From the NCBI RefSeq assembly GCF_046105845.1, contig NZ_CP151004.1: a stretch of 64,000 bases of DNA, one strand, 5' to 3'. Shown piece by piece: positions 11,231 through 22,088 of this stretch. A program made the translations under genes and the position numbers. Numbering within the stretch: position 1 is the first letter of the stretch; every line of letters begins with the position of its first letter. The notes under the pieces were generated by a model. That model did not search any database. It saw only the letters and a program-made list of their open reading frames with translations, and was not told the origin of the DNA. The DNA comes from Escherichia coli (GTDB taxonomy: Bacteria > Pseudomonadota > Gammaproteobacteria > Enterobacterales > Enterobacteriaceae).

Positions 11231-12523
11231 TCACAGATACGGCGACCAGGCAGGGAATTTGACCTGTCCATCAGTTGCCGGAAGACGCGCTTTGAAACGC
11301 CCATCTGTAGAAACCAAATTCAGCACGGATCCCATCCCCTGAGAAGAGCTGTAGATTACCATAGTGCCGTTAGGTGCCAGACTTGGCGTTTCATCCAGGA
11401 ACGTGGACGACAGAACTTGTACGCCTCCCGTTGCCAGATCTTGTTTGGCAATGTGCTGCTGCCCACCATTGGAGCTGACCATTACCATAAATTTACCGTC
11501 GCTGCTGACATCCGCATCCTGGTTCTGCGAACCTTCCCAGGTAATACGTTGTGGCGCACCGCCGTTGATATTCACTTTATAAACCTGTGGACGACCGGCC
11601 TGGTCAGAAGTAAATGCCAGGTTCTGGCTGTCCGGGAACCAGGTCGGTTCGGTATTGTTACTGCGACCATCCGTCACCTGGCGGATCTGACCAGAAGCCA
11701 AATCCATTACGTACAGGTTCAGACTACCGGTTTTCGACAAGGCGAATGCCAGTTTGCTGCCGTCTGGCGAGAATGCAGGTGCACCGTTGTGACGCGGGAA
11801 TGAAGCCACCTGACGTACAGCGCCATTTGCCAGCGTTTGGATGACCAGCGCGGAACGACCGCTTTCGAAGGTCACATAAGCCAGTTTAGAACCGTCTGGT
11901 GACCACGCCGGAGACATCAGCGGCTGCGGTGAACGGTGAACGACAAACTGGTTGTAACCGTCATAGTCAGATACGCGCAGTTCATACGGGAACTGACCGC
12001 CGTTGGTCTGAACAACGTAGGCAATACGGGTACGGAACGCACCTTTAATGCCGGTCAGTTTTTCAAACACTTCATCACTGGCGGTATGACCAGCATAACG
12101 CAGCCACTGCTTGTTCACTTTGTACGAGTTCTGAGCAAGTACAGTACCCGGTGCGCCGCCAGTGTCAACAAGTTGATAAGCAACATTGTAAGAACCATCC
12201 GGATTCGGAGTGACCTGACCGACAACTACAGCGTCAATACCCAGCGCGGACCATGCAGCTGGTTGTACTTCCTGCGCACTACCCGGCTGCTGTGGCAGAC
12301 GAGCGCGATCTAACGGATTAAATTTACCGCTGTTACGCAAGTCAGCAGCAACGATGCCGCCAATATCTTCAGGTGCCGCACCAGGACCCGCCCACTGGAA
12401 AGGAACAACACCAATAGGACGACCGGAATCTACACCGCTGTCGATCACAATGCGGACTTCAGCATGCAGAACTGATGCCCACAGTATGAGAAAACCAAAT
12501 GCTACTCGTAATGCCTGCTTCAT
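11231..12523 (-). CDS. tolB: Tol-Pal system periplasmic beta-propeller protein TolB
   Basis: 430 aa from [21 protein letters not shown]; matches E. coli TolB. Confidence 0.96.
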   Translation of the reverse strand: MKQALRVAFGFLILWASVLHAEVRIVIDSGVDSGRPIGVVPFQWAGPGAAPEDIGGIVAADLRNSGKFNPLDRARLPQQPGSAQEVQPAAWSALGIDAVVVGQVTPNPDGSYNVAYQLVDTGGAPGTVLAQNSYKVNKQWLRYAGHTASDEVFEKLTGIKGAFRTRIAYVVQTNGGQFPYELRVSDYDGYNQFVVHRSPQPLMSPAWSPDGSKLAYVTFESGRSALVIQTLANGAVRQVASFPRHNGAPAFSPDGSKLAFALSKTGSLNLYVMDLASGQIRQVTDGRSNNTEPTWFPDSQNLAFTSDQAGRPQVYKVNINGGAPQRITWEGSQNQDADVSSDGKFMVMVSSNGGQQHIAKQDLATGGVQVLSSTFLDETPSLAPNGTMVIYSSSQGMGSVLNLVSTDGRFKARLPATDGQVKFPAWSPYL

Positions 12524-12655
12524 CATATCTCCCTTATCTGGACCGATGGCCCACGATAATTTAGCAGAATGTTAACAAACCAAAATACACAAAACTACCA
12601 GAACCCCGTGGCAACCGGTGCCTGATGTTGACCGTCGGAACAGTCAACATCGCGA

Positions 12656-13954
12656 TTACGGTTTGAAGTCCAATGGCGCGTTTTTGAACACTTCATATAC
12701 TGCCTGGCTTGGTGGTTTCGGGATCTTCGCAAGTTTAGCTGCTGCCAACGCAGCCTGACAAAGTGCGGGATCGCCACCTTCAGGTTTGATATCCAGTAAC
12801 ATACCATCGGGTGCCAGTTTTATGCGCAGCGTACAGGTTTTGCCTGCATAGGACGATGCGTCATAGAACTTACTTTCGATAGCAGATTTAATCTGCCCGG
12901 CATAGTTATTGATATCGGCCCCTGATGCGCCATTGTTTTTAGTATTACCACTCCCGGCTGGCGAAGCATTGTTCCCTTTCGCCCCTCCCCCCGTTTTCGG
13001 TGCATTCTTACCAGAGCTTAGCTCACCGAAAATATCATCTGCCTCTGCGGCAGCTTTTGCTGCAGCGGCTTTTTCAGCTGCTGCTTTTGCAGCTGCCGCT
13101 TTTTTGTCTGCGGCGGCTTTTTCTGCCGCTGCTTTCTTATCAGCTGCTGCCTTTTCAGCAGCCGCTTTTTCTGCTGCTTTTTTGTCGGCTGCAGCTTTCT
13201 CTGCTGCCGCTTTCTTATCAGCTGCAGCCTTTTCAGCAGCCGCTTTCTTCTCAGCTGCAGCCTTTTCAGCAGCCGCTTTCTTCTCAGCTTCTGCTTTGGC
13301 TTTTTCAGCAGCTTCAGTTGCCGCTTTCTTTCTTGCTTCAGCTGCAGCTGCTTCTGCCGCTTCCGCTTTCTTCTTCAGTGCCGCCGCGGCTGCCTCGGCT
13401 TTTTTCTGCGCTTCGGCTGCGGCTTTGGCGGCTTCTGCTTCTGCTTTTTTCTTCGCGTCTGCAGCCGCTTTCTTCGCAGCTTCTTCCGCAGCTTTAGCAT
13501 CCGCTTCGGCCTTCGCTTTAGCATCTGCCGCCGCTTTCGCTGCCGCTTCTTCCGCTTGCTTCTGCTTTAACTCGGCCTGTTTTGCGGCTTCTTCAGCCTG
13601 CTTTTTCTGTTCCTGAGCAGCTAACCGCTCTTTCTCAAGTTGCTTCAGGCGTTCCTGTTCAGCCGCTTGTTTCTCACGCAGTTCTTCAGCAGCCTGCTGT
13701 TCCTTCATCTTGCGCTGCTCATCAGAACGCTTCGCGCTTGATTCCTGGCTTTGCATGCGTTTGTACTGCTCAACTACCGCACCTGAATCAACCATGACAG
13801 CGTCGATGGATGAACCACCGCCGCCTCCGGCTGAAGCTTCTATATTCTCATCGAACGAACTCCAGATCAGCGCCGCAAATAAGATGACATGCAGCACTGC
13901 TGAAATAATTATCGCCCGCTTGAGCTTGTCGTTTTGTTCGGTTGCCTTTGACAC
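12656..13954 (-). CDS. tolA: Tol-Pal system protein TolA (432 aa; K-12 TolA is 421 aa as I recall)
   Basis: N-terminal anchor MSKATEQNDKLKRAIIISAVLHVILFAAL, long Ala/Lys/Glu-rich helical domain II, conserved C-terminal domain III. Confidence 0.95.
   Translation of the reverse strand: MSKATEQNDKLKRAIIISAVLHVILFAALIWSSFDENIEASAGGGGGSSIDAVMVDSGAVVEQYKRMQSQESSAKRSDEQRKMKEQQAAEELREKQAAEQERLKQLEKERLAAQEQKKQAEEAAKQAELKQKQAEEAAAKAAADAKAKAEADAKAAEEAAKKAAADAKKKAEAEAAKAAAEAQKKAEAAAAALKKKAEAAEAAAAEARKKAATEAAEKAKAEAEKKAAAEKAAAEKKAAAEKAAADKKAAAEKAAADKKAAEKAAAEKAAADKKAAAEKAAADKKAAAAKAAAEKAAAAKAAAEADDIFGELSSGKNAPKTGGGAKGNNASPAGSGNTKNNGASGADINNYAGQIKSAIESKFYDASSYAGKTCTLRIKLAPDGMLLDIKPEGGDPALCQAALAAAKLAKIPKPPSQAVYEVFKNAPLDFKP
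13030..13570. repeat. in-frame tandem repeats inside tolA domain II
   Basis: 30-33 bp units such as gctgcagccttttcagcagccgctttcttctca repeated back to back (e.g. 13222-13254 and 13252-13284), encoding KKAAAEKAAAD-type repeats. Confidence 0.8.
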
Positions 13955-14018
13955 TCTCGGTTCCCAAAAACTGTTCGCCTGTTACCCGCTCTCTTTCAAG
14001 CAAGGGAAACGCAGATGT

Positions 14019-14447
14019 TTAGATAGGCTGCGTCATTAAACCAACCGATTTCACACCCGCACTATGTAACAAGTTCAGTGCTTTAATTATTTCATCGTAA
14101 GGCACATCTTTTGCGCCACCGATCAGAAAGACCGTTTTCGGGTTGGCCTTGAAACGGCTGGACACTTCCGCCACCACCTGCTCTGGTGGCAAACGCTCCA
14201 GGCGATCTTTCTCAACCACCACGGTGTACTGACCAATACCAGACACTTCAACAATCACTGGCGGATTATCGTTACTGCTCACCGCCTGTGATTCAGTAGC
14301 GTCTGGCAGATCGACCTCCACGCTCTGGGTGATGATGGGCGCTGTCGCCATAAAGATCAGCAACAGCACCAGCAGTACGTCCAGCAACGGTACAATGTTG
14401 ATTTCGGACTTGAGATCGCGACGACCTCGTCCACGCGCTCTGGCCAT
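14019..14447 (-). CDS. tolR: Tol-Pal system protein TolR
   Basis: 142 aa, ExbD/TolR family; matches E. coli TolR. Confidence 0.96.
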   Translation of the reverse strand: MARARGRGRRDLKSEINIVPLLDVLLVLLLIFMATAPIITQSVEVDLPDATESQAVSSNDNPPVIVEVSGIGQYTVVVEKDRLERLPPEQVVAEVSSRFKANPKTVFLIGGAKDVPYDEIIKALNLLHSAGVKSVGLMTQPI

Positions 14448-14450
14448 GGC

Positions 14451-15544
<1,094 letters not shown>

Positions 15545-15650
15545 TTTACATCCCGGTAATGCAACAAAAGTTAGAGCTTTTAAACGCTGCTACTATACGC
15601 GCGCGATTGAGGTTTGGGAATGAGGGCAAGTTAAGGGAGCGTAAAAATTT

Positions 15651-15670
15651 ATGGGCCTGGAGCGGCCCAT
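15651..15670 (-). terminator. candidate terminator after ybgE (end of the cydABX-ybgE unit)
   Basis: Palindrome atgggcctggagcggcccat flanked by A/T runs, between ybgE and ybgC. Confidence 0.4.
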
Positions 15671-15693
15671 AATTTTTTAAAGAGAATTCTGAT

Positions 15694-15987
15694 TTAAAAG
15701 AAGAAGAAAATCAGCCCGACAATGAGAACAATATCGGCAAGCAATGGGCAAAAAATCCCTTGCCAAAGAACCTTCTGCGGACGAAAGCCCACGCCGTGAA
15801 TCACACCAGCACAGACGGCCCACATCAGCAATAAACCATGCCAGATTTCCAGTTCACTGGTCTTCGCGGCGAAACGTGATGGGTCCCAAAACATACATCC
15901 TGCTAACAGAAGCGCCATCACGAAGGAAAGCGCCCGCAGGGGGCGCTTGTCCATTACCGCATACAAGGTTGCGATAATCTTACTCAT
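15694..15987 (-). CDS. ybgE: cyd-operon inner membrane protein YbgE
   Basis: 97 aa hydrophobic protein; matches E. coli YbgE. Confidence 0.9.
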   Translation of the reverse strand: MSKIIATLYAVMDKRPLRALSFVMALLLAGCMFWDPSRFAAKTSELEIWHGLLLMWAVCAGVIHGVGFRPQKVLWQGIFCPLLADIVLIVGLIFFFF

Positions 15988-16100
15988 CAGATGTCTTCTT
16001 GACCGGCTTTGCCTGATTCGACGTGCTCAAGCGCCAGCGCGGTGATGACCCCAAACGAACAGGCAAGAAGCGTTCCCAGAATCCATGCGAAATACCACAT
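15987..16100 (-). CDS. cydX: cytochrome bd-I oxidase small subunit CydX (37 aa)
   Basis: Hand-translated from the minus strand: MWYFAWILGTLLACSFGVITALALEHVESGKAGQEDI*; lies between cydB and ybgE; too short for the ORF track. Confidence 0.85.
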   Translation of the reverse strand: MWYFAWILGTLLACSFGVITALALEHVESGKAGQEDI

Positions 16101-16114
16101 TTTTAGCTCCTTAC

Positions 16115-17254
16115 TTAGTACAGAGAGTGGGTGTTACGTTCAATATCTTCTTTGGTGATACGACCGAACATTTTCCAGTAACACCAGGCGGTGTAGAGCA
16201 GAATGATCGGTACCAGAACCACCGCAACCCAGGTCATGACGTTAAGTGTCAGCTGGCTGGAAGTTGCATCCCACATTGTCAGACTTGCGTTCATCATGGT
16301 GCTGGACGGCATCACAAACGGGAACATTGCGATACCGGCTGTCAGGATGATGCAGGCCAGCGTCAGGGAGGAGAACACAAACGCCCACGCGGCTTTATCC
16401 ATACGTGCAGTCAGGATGGTCAGCAGCGGCAGAACCACACCCAGTGCCGGAATAGCCCACAGAATTGGCGTGTTGTTGAAGTTAACCAGCCATGCGCCAG
16501 CTTCACGAACCACTTCTTTATTCAGTGGGTTAGAGGCTGCGTAATGGTCCATTGTCGATTTCACGACATAACCATCGATACCGTACATCACCCATACGCC
16601 AGCCAGTGCGAAACAGACCAGTGTCACCAGTGCCGCCACCTGAGCCGTTGCACGGGTACGCAGGTGCAGTTCGCCCACGGTACGCATTTGCAGATAGGTT
16701 GCGCCCTGAGTAATGATCATCCCTACGCTCACCACGCCTGCCAGCAGGCCGAACGGGTTAAGCAGCTGGAAGAAGTTACCGGTGTAGTACAGACGCAGAT
16801 ATTCATCAACGTTGAACGGTACGCCCTGCAACAGGTTACCGAACGCTACACCAATCACCAGCGGCGGAACGAAGCTACCAATGAAGATGCCCCAGTCCCA
16901 CATGTTACGCCAGCGGGTTTCTTCAATCTTGGAGCGGTAGTCAAAACCGACCGGACGGAAGAACAAAGACGCCAGCACGAGGATCATCGCCACATAGAAG
17001 CCGGAGAACGCAGCGGCATAGACCATCGGCCAGGCAGCAAAGAGTGCGCCGCCTGCGGTGATCAGCCAAACCTGGTTACCGTCCCAGTGTGGTGCAATGG
17101 AGTTAATCATAATTCGACGCTCGGTGTCGTTACGACCGAGGAAACGGGTGAGCATGCCCACCCCCATGTCGAAACCGTCAGTGACTGCAAAACCAATCAG
17201 CAGAACGCCAACCAGCAGCCACCAGATAAAACGCAATACTTCATAATCGATCAT
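16115..17254 (-). CDS. cydB: cytochrome bd-I ubiquinol oxidase subunit II
   Basis: 379 aa; matches E. coli CydB. Confidence 0.97.
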   Translation of the reverse strand: MIDYEVLRFIWWLLVGVLLIGFAVTDGFDMGVGMLTRFLGRNDTERRIMINSIAPHWDGNQVWLITAGGALFAAWPMVYAAAFSGFYVAMILVLASLFFRPVGFDYRSKIEETRWRNMWDWGIFIGSFVPPLVIGVAFGNLLQGVPFNVDEYLRLYYTGNFFQLLNPFGLLAGVVSVGMIITQGATYLQMRTVGELHLRTRATAQVAALVTLVCFALAGVWVMYGIDGYVVKSTMDHYAASNPLNKEVVREAGAWLVNFNNTPILWAIPALGVVLPLLTILTARMDKAAWAFVFSSLTLACIILTAGIAMFPFVMPSSTMMNASLTMWDATSSQLTLNVMTWVAVVLVPIILLYTAWCYWKMFGRITKEDIERNTHSLY

Positions 17255-17269
17255 TTGACGACTCCTGTC

Positions 17270-18838
17270 TTAGCGTGCCGGCTGAGTAGTCGTGGAAGAC
17301 TGCTCAAAGTGATAGCGACCGGTTTTCAGGCTGCTTGGGCCGAGGCGTGCAAATTTGAACATTAAGAACAATTCTGCCACCAGGAACAGGGTATACAGGC
17401 CGCAAATCAGCACCATTGAGAAGATGAGATCGCCTGCGGTCAGTGACGAGTTCGCCACAGCTGTCGGCAGCACTTCACCGATAGCCCACGGTTGGCGGCC
17501 ATATTCAGCCACGAACCAGCCCGCTTCTACAGCAATCCACGGCAGCGGAATACCGTACAGCGCGGCGCGCAGCAGCCATTTTTTCTCGCCAATACGGTTG
17601 CGGATGACACTCCAGAAAGAGAGCGCGATGATTGCCAGCAGCAGGAAGCCACACGCCACCATGATACGGAACGCGAAGTACAGCGGCGCTACACGCGGAA
17701 TGGAGTCTTTGGTTGCCTGTTGAATCTGCGCTTCAGTCGCATCAGCCACGTTTGGCGTATAGCGTTTCAGCAGCAGACCGTAACCGAGGTCTTTCTTCAT
17801 GCTATTGAACTGGTCACGAACCGCCTGGTCGGTAGAACCAGAACGCAGTTGCTCGAGCAGAGAGTACGCCTTCATCCCGTTACGAATGCGTTCTTCATGC
17901 TGCACCATCAGTTCTTTCAGGCCGATAACTGGAGTATCCACGGAACGCGTTGCAATGATGCCCAGCGCGTAAGGGATCTGGATCGCAAATTTGTTCGTCT
18001 CCTCTTCCTGATCAGGAATGCCGAACAGAGTAAAGGCAGCAGGCGCAGGTTGCGTTTCCCACTCGGCTTCAATAGCAGCCAGTTTGGTTTTCTGCACGTC
18101 GCCCATTTCGTAACCAGATTCATCACCCAGAACAATAACAGACAGAACGGCAGCCATACCGAAGCTGGCAGCGATAGCAAAGGAGCGTTTAGCGAAGGCG
18201 AAGTCACGACCTTTCAGCATATACCATGCGCTGATACCGAGGATGAACATCGCGCCAGTCACATAACCAGACGCTACAGTGTGAACGAATTTCACCTGAG
18301 CAACCGGGTTAAGCACCAGCTCGGAGAAGCTCACCATCTCCATACGCATAGTTTCAAAGTTGAAATCGGACGCGATTGGGTTTTGCATCCAGCCGTTCGC
18401 AACCAGAATCCACAGTGCGGACAGGTTTGAACCGAGCGCCACCAGCCAGGTGACACACATATGCTGAACTTTACCCAGACGATCCCAACCGAAGAAGAAC
18501 AGACCTACAAAGGTGGATTCGAGGAAGAAGGCCATCAGACCTTCGATTGCCAGCGGCGCACCGAAGATATCCCCTACATAGTGGGAATAGTAAGACCAGT
18601 TAGTCCCGAACTGGAACTCCATGGTCAGACCGGTTGCCACACCCAGAGCGAAGTTGATACCAAACAACTTGCCCCAGAACTTGGTCATATCTTTATAAAT
18701 CTGTTTGCCGGAAAGGACGTAGACCGTTTCCATAATGGCCAGCAGGAACGCCATACCGAGCGTCAGTGGCACAAAAAGGAAGTGGTACATCGCGGTCAAG
18801 GCAAACTGTAAGCGCGACAGTTCGACTATATCTAACAT
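17270..18838 (-). CDS. cydA: cytochrome bd-I ubiquinol oxidase subunit I
   Basis: 522 aa from [28 protein letters not shown]; the ORF-track start one codon upstream is rejected. Confidence 0.97.
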
Positions 18839-19175
18839 CATGACTCCTTGCTCATCGCATGAAGACTCCGAGAGTGAACCCCGTTAGAAAGGGTCACACG
18901 CATGCCCCAATACAAAATTATTTGCTCGCCTCTATCGTTGCCATTTCATCAAAAGAGGAAAAGACAATGATAAAAAAGTTACAAATATGTTAATGAATAA
19001 ACCAAATTGATCCCGTAATTATATTACGCCGCAAAATCCTTACAATAAACAGGTTTTTATTGAGCAAATTTGCATTTTTCGACAGTGATCAATTTATAGC
19101 GAAATTGTCACGATCTCACCAATTTGATCTACGACAATTTATCGTGTTTTGCAGATTTTTTTCAAGAATTAAAAA

Positions 19176-19189
19176 TTGATTTATATCAA
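19176..19189. promoter_or_regulatory. FNR-type palindrome in the cydA upstream regulatory region
   Basis: Perfect TTGAT-N4-ATCAA (ttgatttatatcaa) about 340 bp upstream of the cydA ATG; cydAB is FNR/ArcA-controlled in E. coli. Confidence 0.5.
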
Positions 19190-19643
19190 AACCAACCAAA
19201 TATGTTAATTATGTATAAACCATAGATCATTGGTGATTTTATTGTTAATTTATTGTGAAATATTTATGCAACACAATTATTACAATGAAAAGGTATAGAT
19301 AAAAAACCAGTGTTTTATTTAACAGAACCGCCTTATCCACTTTTTATAATACCAATTGATTAGATTAGCCAATTTGTTGCTATTTTACATAACATATTTT
19401 TATCAAAGTTAATTGATTGTTGCCTTTATGAGCACCGGCCGTAAGCCCGTTATGTTATTGTTTCATTAGTAATAATCACTTAAATGTATCGATGAAACAG
19501 GTATGACTTAGCGGGAGTGATTGTTTCTGAGTGAACAGAGACCACTTTCGCCTGATAAATGAAAAATGAGCGATTTTTGCAAGTTAGTTTTTCTATAGCC
19601 GAGTACGCTCAGCGCCTCGCTTGATTACAATGAGGTTGCTGCT

Positions 19644-20588
19644 ATGAGTCCTGATAATATCAGTTCTGCTGTCAATCGCTTCTCAGGTTGGCCATCTAAT
19701 AATCCTCTAAAAACAGATAACGAATCAATGACATCACCCATGACTGTGCAGGTAATAAAGATGATTGCCGCCATCCTTGACCCACATCGGATAGTCGTTG
19801 GAATCGATACACTTTATACAACGCAGCGCGAAACATTTACCTCAGAGAGTCAACAGCTCATTGAATCAGCATTGCAAACACTTCATGTGATGAATTTAAA
19901 TAACCTGGAAACAAATCTCGATGAGGAAGGTCACTATCTGGCTTTTGGATATAACGTTGACACTCCTGACAGAATAACCGTTTCTGCTTATAATGAAAAA
20001 AAGCCTGGCTGCTATGGCCAATGTCTTTTAATACAGGATGACGAAACAGACTTATTTAACCTGATAAAAGTTAAAATTTTTGAAGCCAGGCATAATTATG
20101 TCGCTCAATTGATGAGCGATCCGGAATTTATGTTCAAATTTAGTTATAGCGCTCAACAAAATAGATTAGAACCTCATCTTCTGGTTCCCACTTATTTCCC
20201 TCTAAAAACAAACGAACCGGTTACGCAAGAGGATGTACTGTTACTTTATCGTTTCTTTAAAATGGATGGTGATTTTAATATATTAACATCAGATGAATAC
20301 ATGAGTATCATGACACCTCTGATGAAGTGTGAGCGCAGCATCCACGACCACAACAGGTATGTGACGGGCAAAGATACCCTTCTTCTGGACTATCCTCCTT
20401 CTGGTAACCAGATATATTTCCATATTTTTCCTGACGAATCAGCAACACTAGTCCTTTATTTTTCAAACAATGACATTGAATGTTTCGTCTTTGAAAGAGA
20501 TATTCCGAGCCAGTATCGCTTTTTCAAAATGTTTACCAATCTGGCACTGGTTATTGATCAGTTAACCGATGCCAATCAAATACTTTAA
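19644..20588 (+). CDS. hypothetical protein, no recognisable family (orphan island gene A)
   Basis: 314-aa ORF with a GAGG RBS 7 nt upstream; markedly AT-rich (24 G+C in the first 60 nt); Ser/Asn/Pro-rich N-terminus. Confidence 0.7.
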   Translation: MSPDNISSAVNRFSGWPSNNPLKTDNESMTSPMTVQVIKMIAAILDPHRIVVGIDTLYTTQRETFTSESQQLIESALQTLHVMNLNNLETNLDEEGHYLAFGYNVDTPDRITVSAYNEKKPGCYGQCLLIQDDETDLFNLIKVKIFEARHNYVAQLMSDPEFMFKFSYSAQQNRLEPHLLVPTYFPLKTNEPVTQEDVLLLYRFFKMDGDFNILTSDEYMSIMTPLMKCERSIHDHNRYVTGKDTLLLDYPPSGNQIYFHIFPDESATLVLYFSNNDIECFVFERDIPSQYRFFKMFTNLALVIDQLTDANQIL

Positions 20589-20668
20589 TTTTTATATATT
20601 CTCTGTGGCAAATATTGCTAAACAATGCCCGGGGATTAATTTTTATTACTCACGGAAAGATTTAAATA

Positions 20669-21091
20669 ATGATCCCATCTCAAATCTCTTTCAACACCCT
20701 TCCTGTCAATGCAACATACGCTTCAGAGACAACAGTTGACACACAAAAATTCTCTGACATCCTCTACTCAGCGGGGTGTTCCCTAAAGGATCTGGCTTAT
20801 CTGAGCAGATGTCTGGCATCAATACATCCGACTATCGCCAAAAACATTTATGAAACAGAAAATCTCAGCGATCAAAAATTACTACATATTGATTGCCGTA
20901 GTACAAATGAAATCAAGATAAATATCTTTTTTGGTCAACAACGAGAAGGATTAATTGAAATTAGTTCTGACACAGTCATTTTTTCGATACTGTCTTCATT
21001 GATTGACTCCACCATTTCTAAATTTCAACACCAAAACCCCGTTAACGGTTCTGTAAATCCTGGCCTATTGTATGAGGATTATACTGATTAA
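20669..21091 (+). CDS. hypothetical small acidic protein (orphan island gene B)
   Basis: 140-aa ORF 80 bp downstream of gene A on the same strand; AT-rich; about 16 Asp/Glu versus 9 Lys/Arg by count. Confidence 0.65.
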   Translation: MIPSQISFNTLPVNATYASETTVDTQKFSDILYSAGCSLKDLAYLSRCLASIHPTIAKNIYETENLSDQKLLHIDCRSTNEIKINIFFGQQREGLIEISSDTVIFSILSSLIDSTISKFQHQNPVNGSVNPGLLYEDYTD

Positions 21092-21638
21092 ATCCCTCCT
21101 GTCGCGAAAAATGGCCTGCGTTATTGCCAGACGTAATAAAACTTTTGATTAACGTTTCTCGTACTGGTAGCACTTTCATGTACTTTTCTTTTTTACGAAA
21201 AATCAAAAGAGCTAACAAAGGTCATAATTCGCATGAATCATTAATTATTTGTTATTTTCAACATTATTTTTACATTAAGCAGAGATGAATTGCAGTGAAA
21301 TTCGACTTAACTTTTACGAAATGCATTTACTCATGGCTAAAGCCACGTCACAAAAATGCAAATTAGAAGTTGATCACAATTATCTCAATACATCAAATCA
21401 AGTTAATTTTAAAAATTTAACATTCATGACATTAGTTGACATAACACACTGAATTAAAATGAGAATTTGGAAACACACTTTAAACAATCATTTCCCGAAA
21501 GACATTTTGAAAATAGATCAATTGCAACATTACGGTCAGATAAAGACACTCCTGTGATATTAAACCTGTGCCGTTATGAACGGCCATAAATACGGCGTGT
21601 GTAACTTATTTTACTCTCTGTCTTACAAAGGATTACCC

Positions 21639-22088
21639 ATGAAGAAAGCAACACTTGTGATTGGCGTTATTGGCGCGGACTGCCATGCAGTAGGCAATAA
21701 AGTTCTGGACCGCGTTTTTAGCAACCATGGCTTCAGAGTCATTAATCTGGGCGTAATGGTCAGCCAGGACGAATATATTGATGCTGCCATTGAAACTGGC
21801 GCTGACGCGATTGTCGTCTCCTCTATCTATGGGCATGGCGATATCGACTGTCTGGGCATGCGCGAACGCTGCATCGAGCGTGGGCTGGGTAACATCCTGC
21901 TCTATGTGGGCGGTAACCTGGTGGTCGGAAAACATGACTTCGCTGACGTGGAAACCAAATTCAAAGAGATGGGATTTGATCGCGTCTTTTCCCCAAGTCA
22001 TGACTTAGAAGATGTTTGTCAGCTGATGGCCCACGATATCAACCAACGTCATGACGTTGATACTCGTATTCTTGAAGAGGCAATCTGA
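21639..22088 (+). CDS. glmS: glutamate mutase (methylaspartate mutase) small S subunit, cobalamin-binding; clostridial GlmS/MutS, not glucosamine-6-P synthase
   Basis: 149 aa from [24 protein letters not shown] with AAGGA RBS; DxHxxG B12-binding motif; strong similarity to Clostridium MutS/GlmS as I recall it; ORF-track start at 21576 rejected. Confidence 0.9.
   Translation: MKKATLVIGVIGADCHAVGNKVLDRVFSNHGFRVINLGVMVSQDEYIDAAIETGADAIVVSSIYGHGDIDCLGMRERCIERGLGNILLYVGGNLVVGKHDFADVETKFKEMGFDRVFSPSHDLEDVCQLMAHDINQRHDVDTRILEEAI

Noticed and set aside
12909-13616. 235-aa and 165-aa plus-strand ORFs full of Ala/Phe/Ser or Leu/Pro/Gln repeats
   Set aside because: They are reverse-frame readings of the tolA tandem repeat array, not independent genes.
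16085-17365. 426-aa ORF on the plus strand, plus other long antisense ORFs (17492-18430, 36435-37472, 37512-38747, 40481-42178, 34486-35217, 3945-4673, 24146-24916, 25444-26184, 60409-61122)
   Set aside because: Each lies entirely antisense to a highly conserved, confidently identified gene (cydB, cydA, sucA, sdhA, sucC, aroG, glmE, mal, kdpA). Translations are low-complexity, Arg/His/Gln-rich shadow frames with no RBS. Typical of GC-biased codon usage on the opposite strand.
21092-21638. Possible cobalamin riboswitch or leader peptide upstream of the B12-dependent mutase operon
   Set aside because: The leader is uniformly AT-rich with no GC-rich conserved B12-box-like core that I can see. 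A 39-codon ORF at 21333 has no RBS. Cannot be fully excluded without a covariance-model scan.
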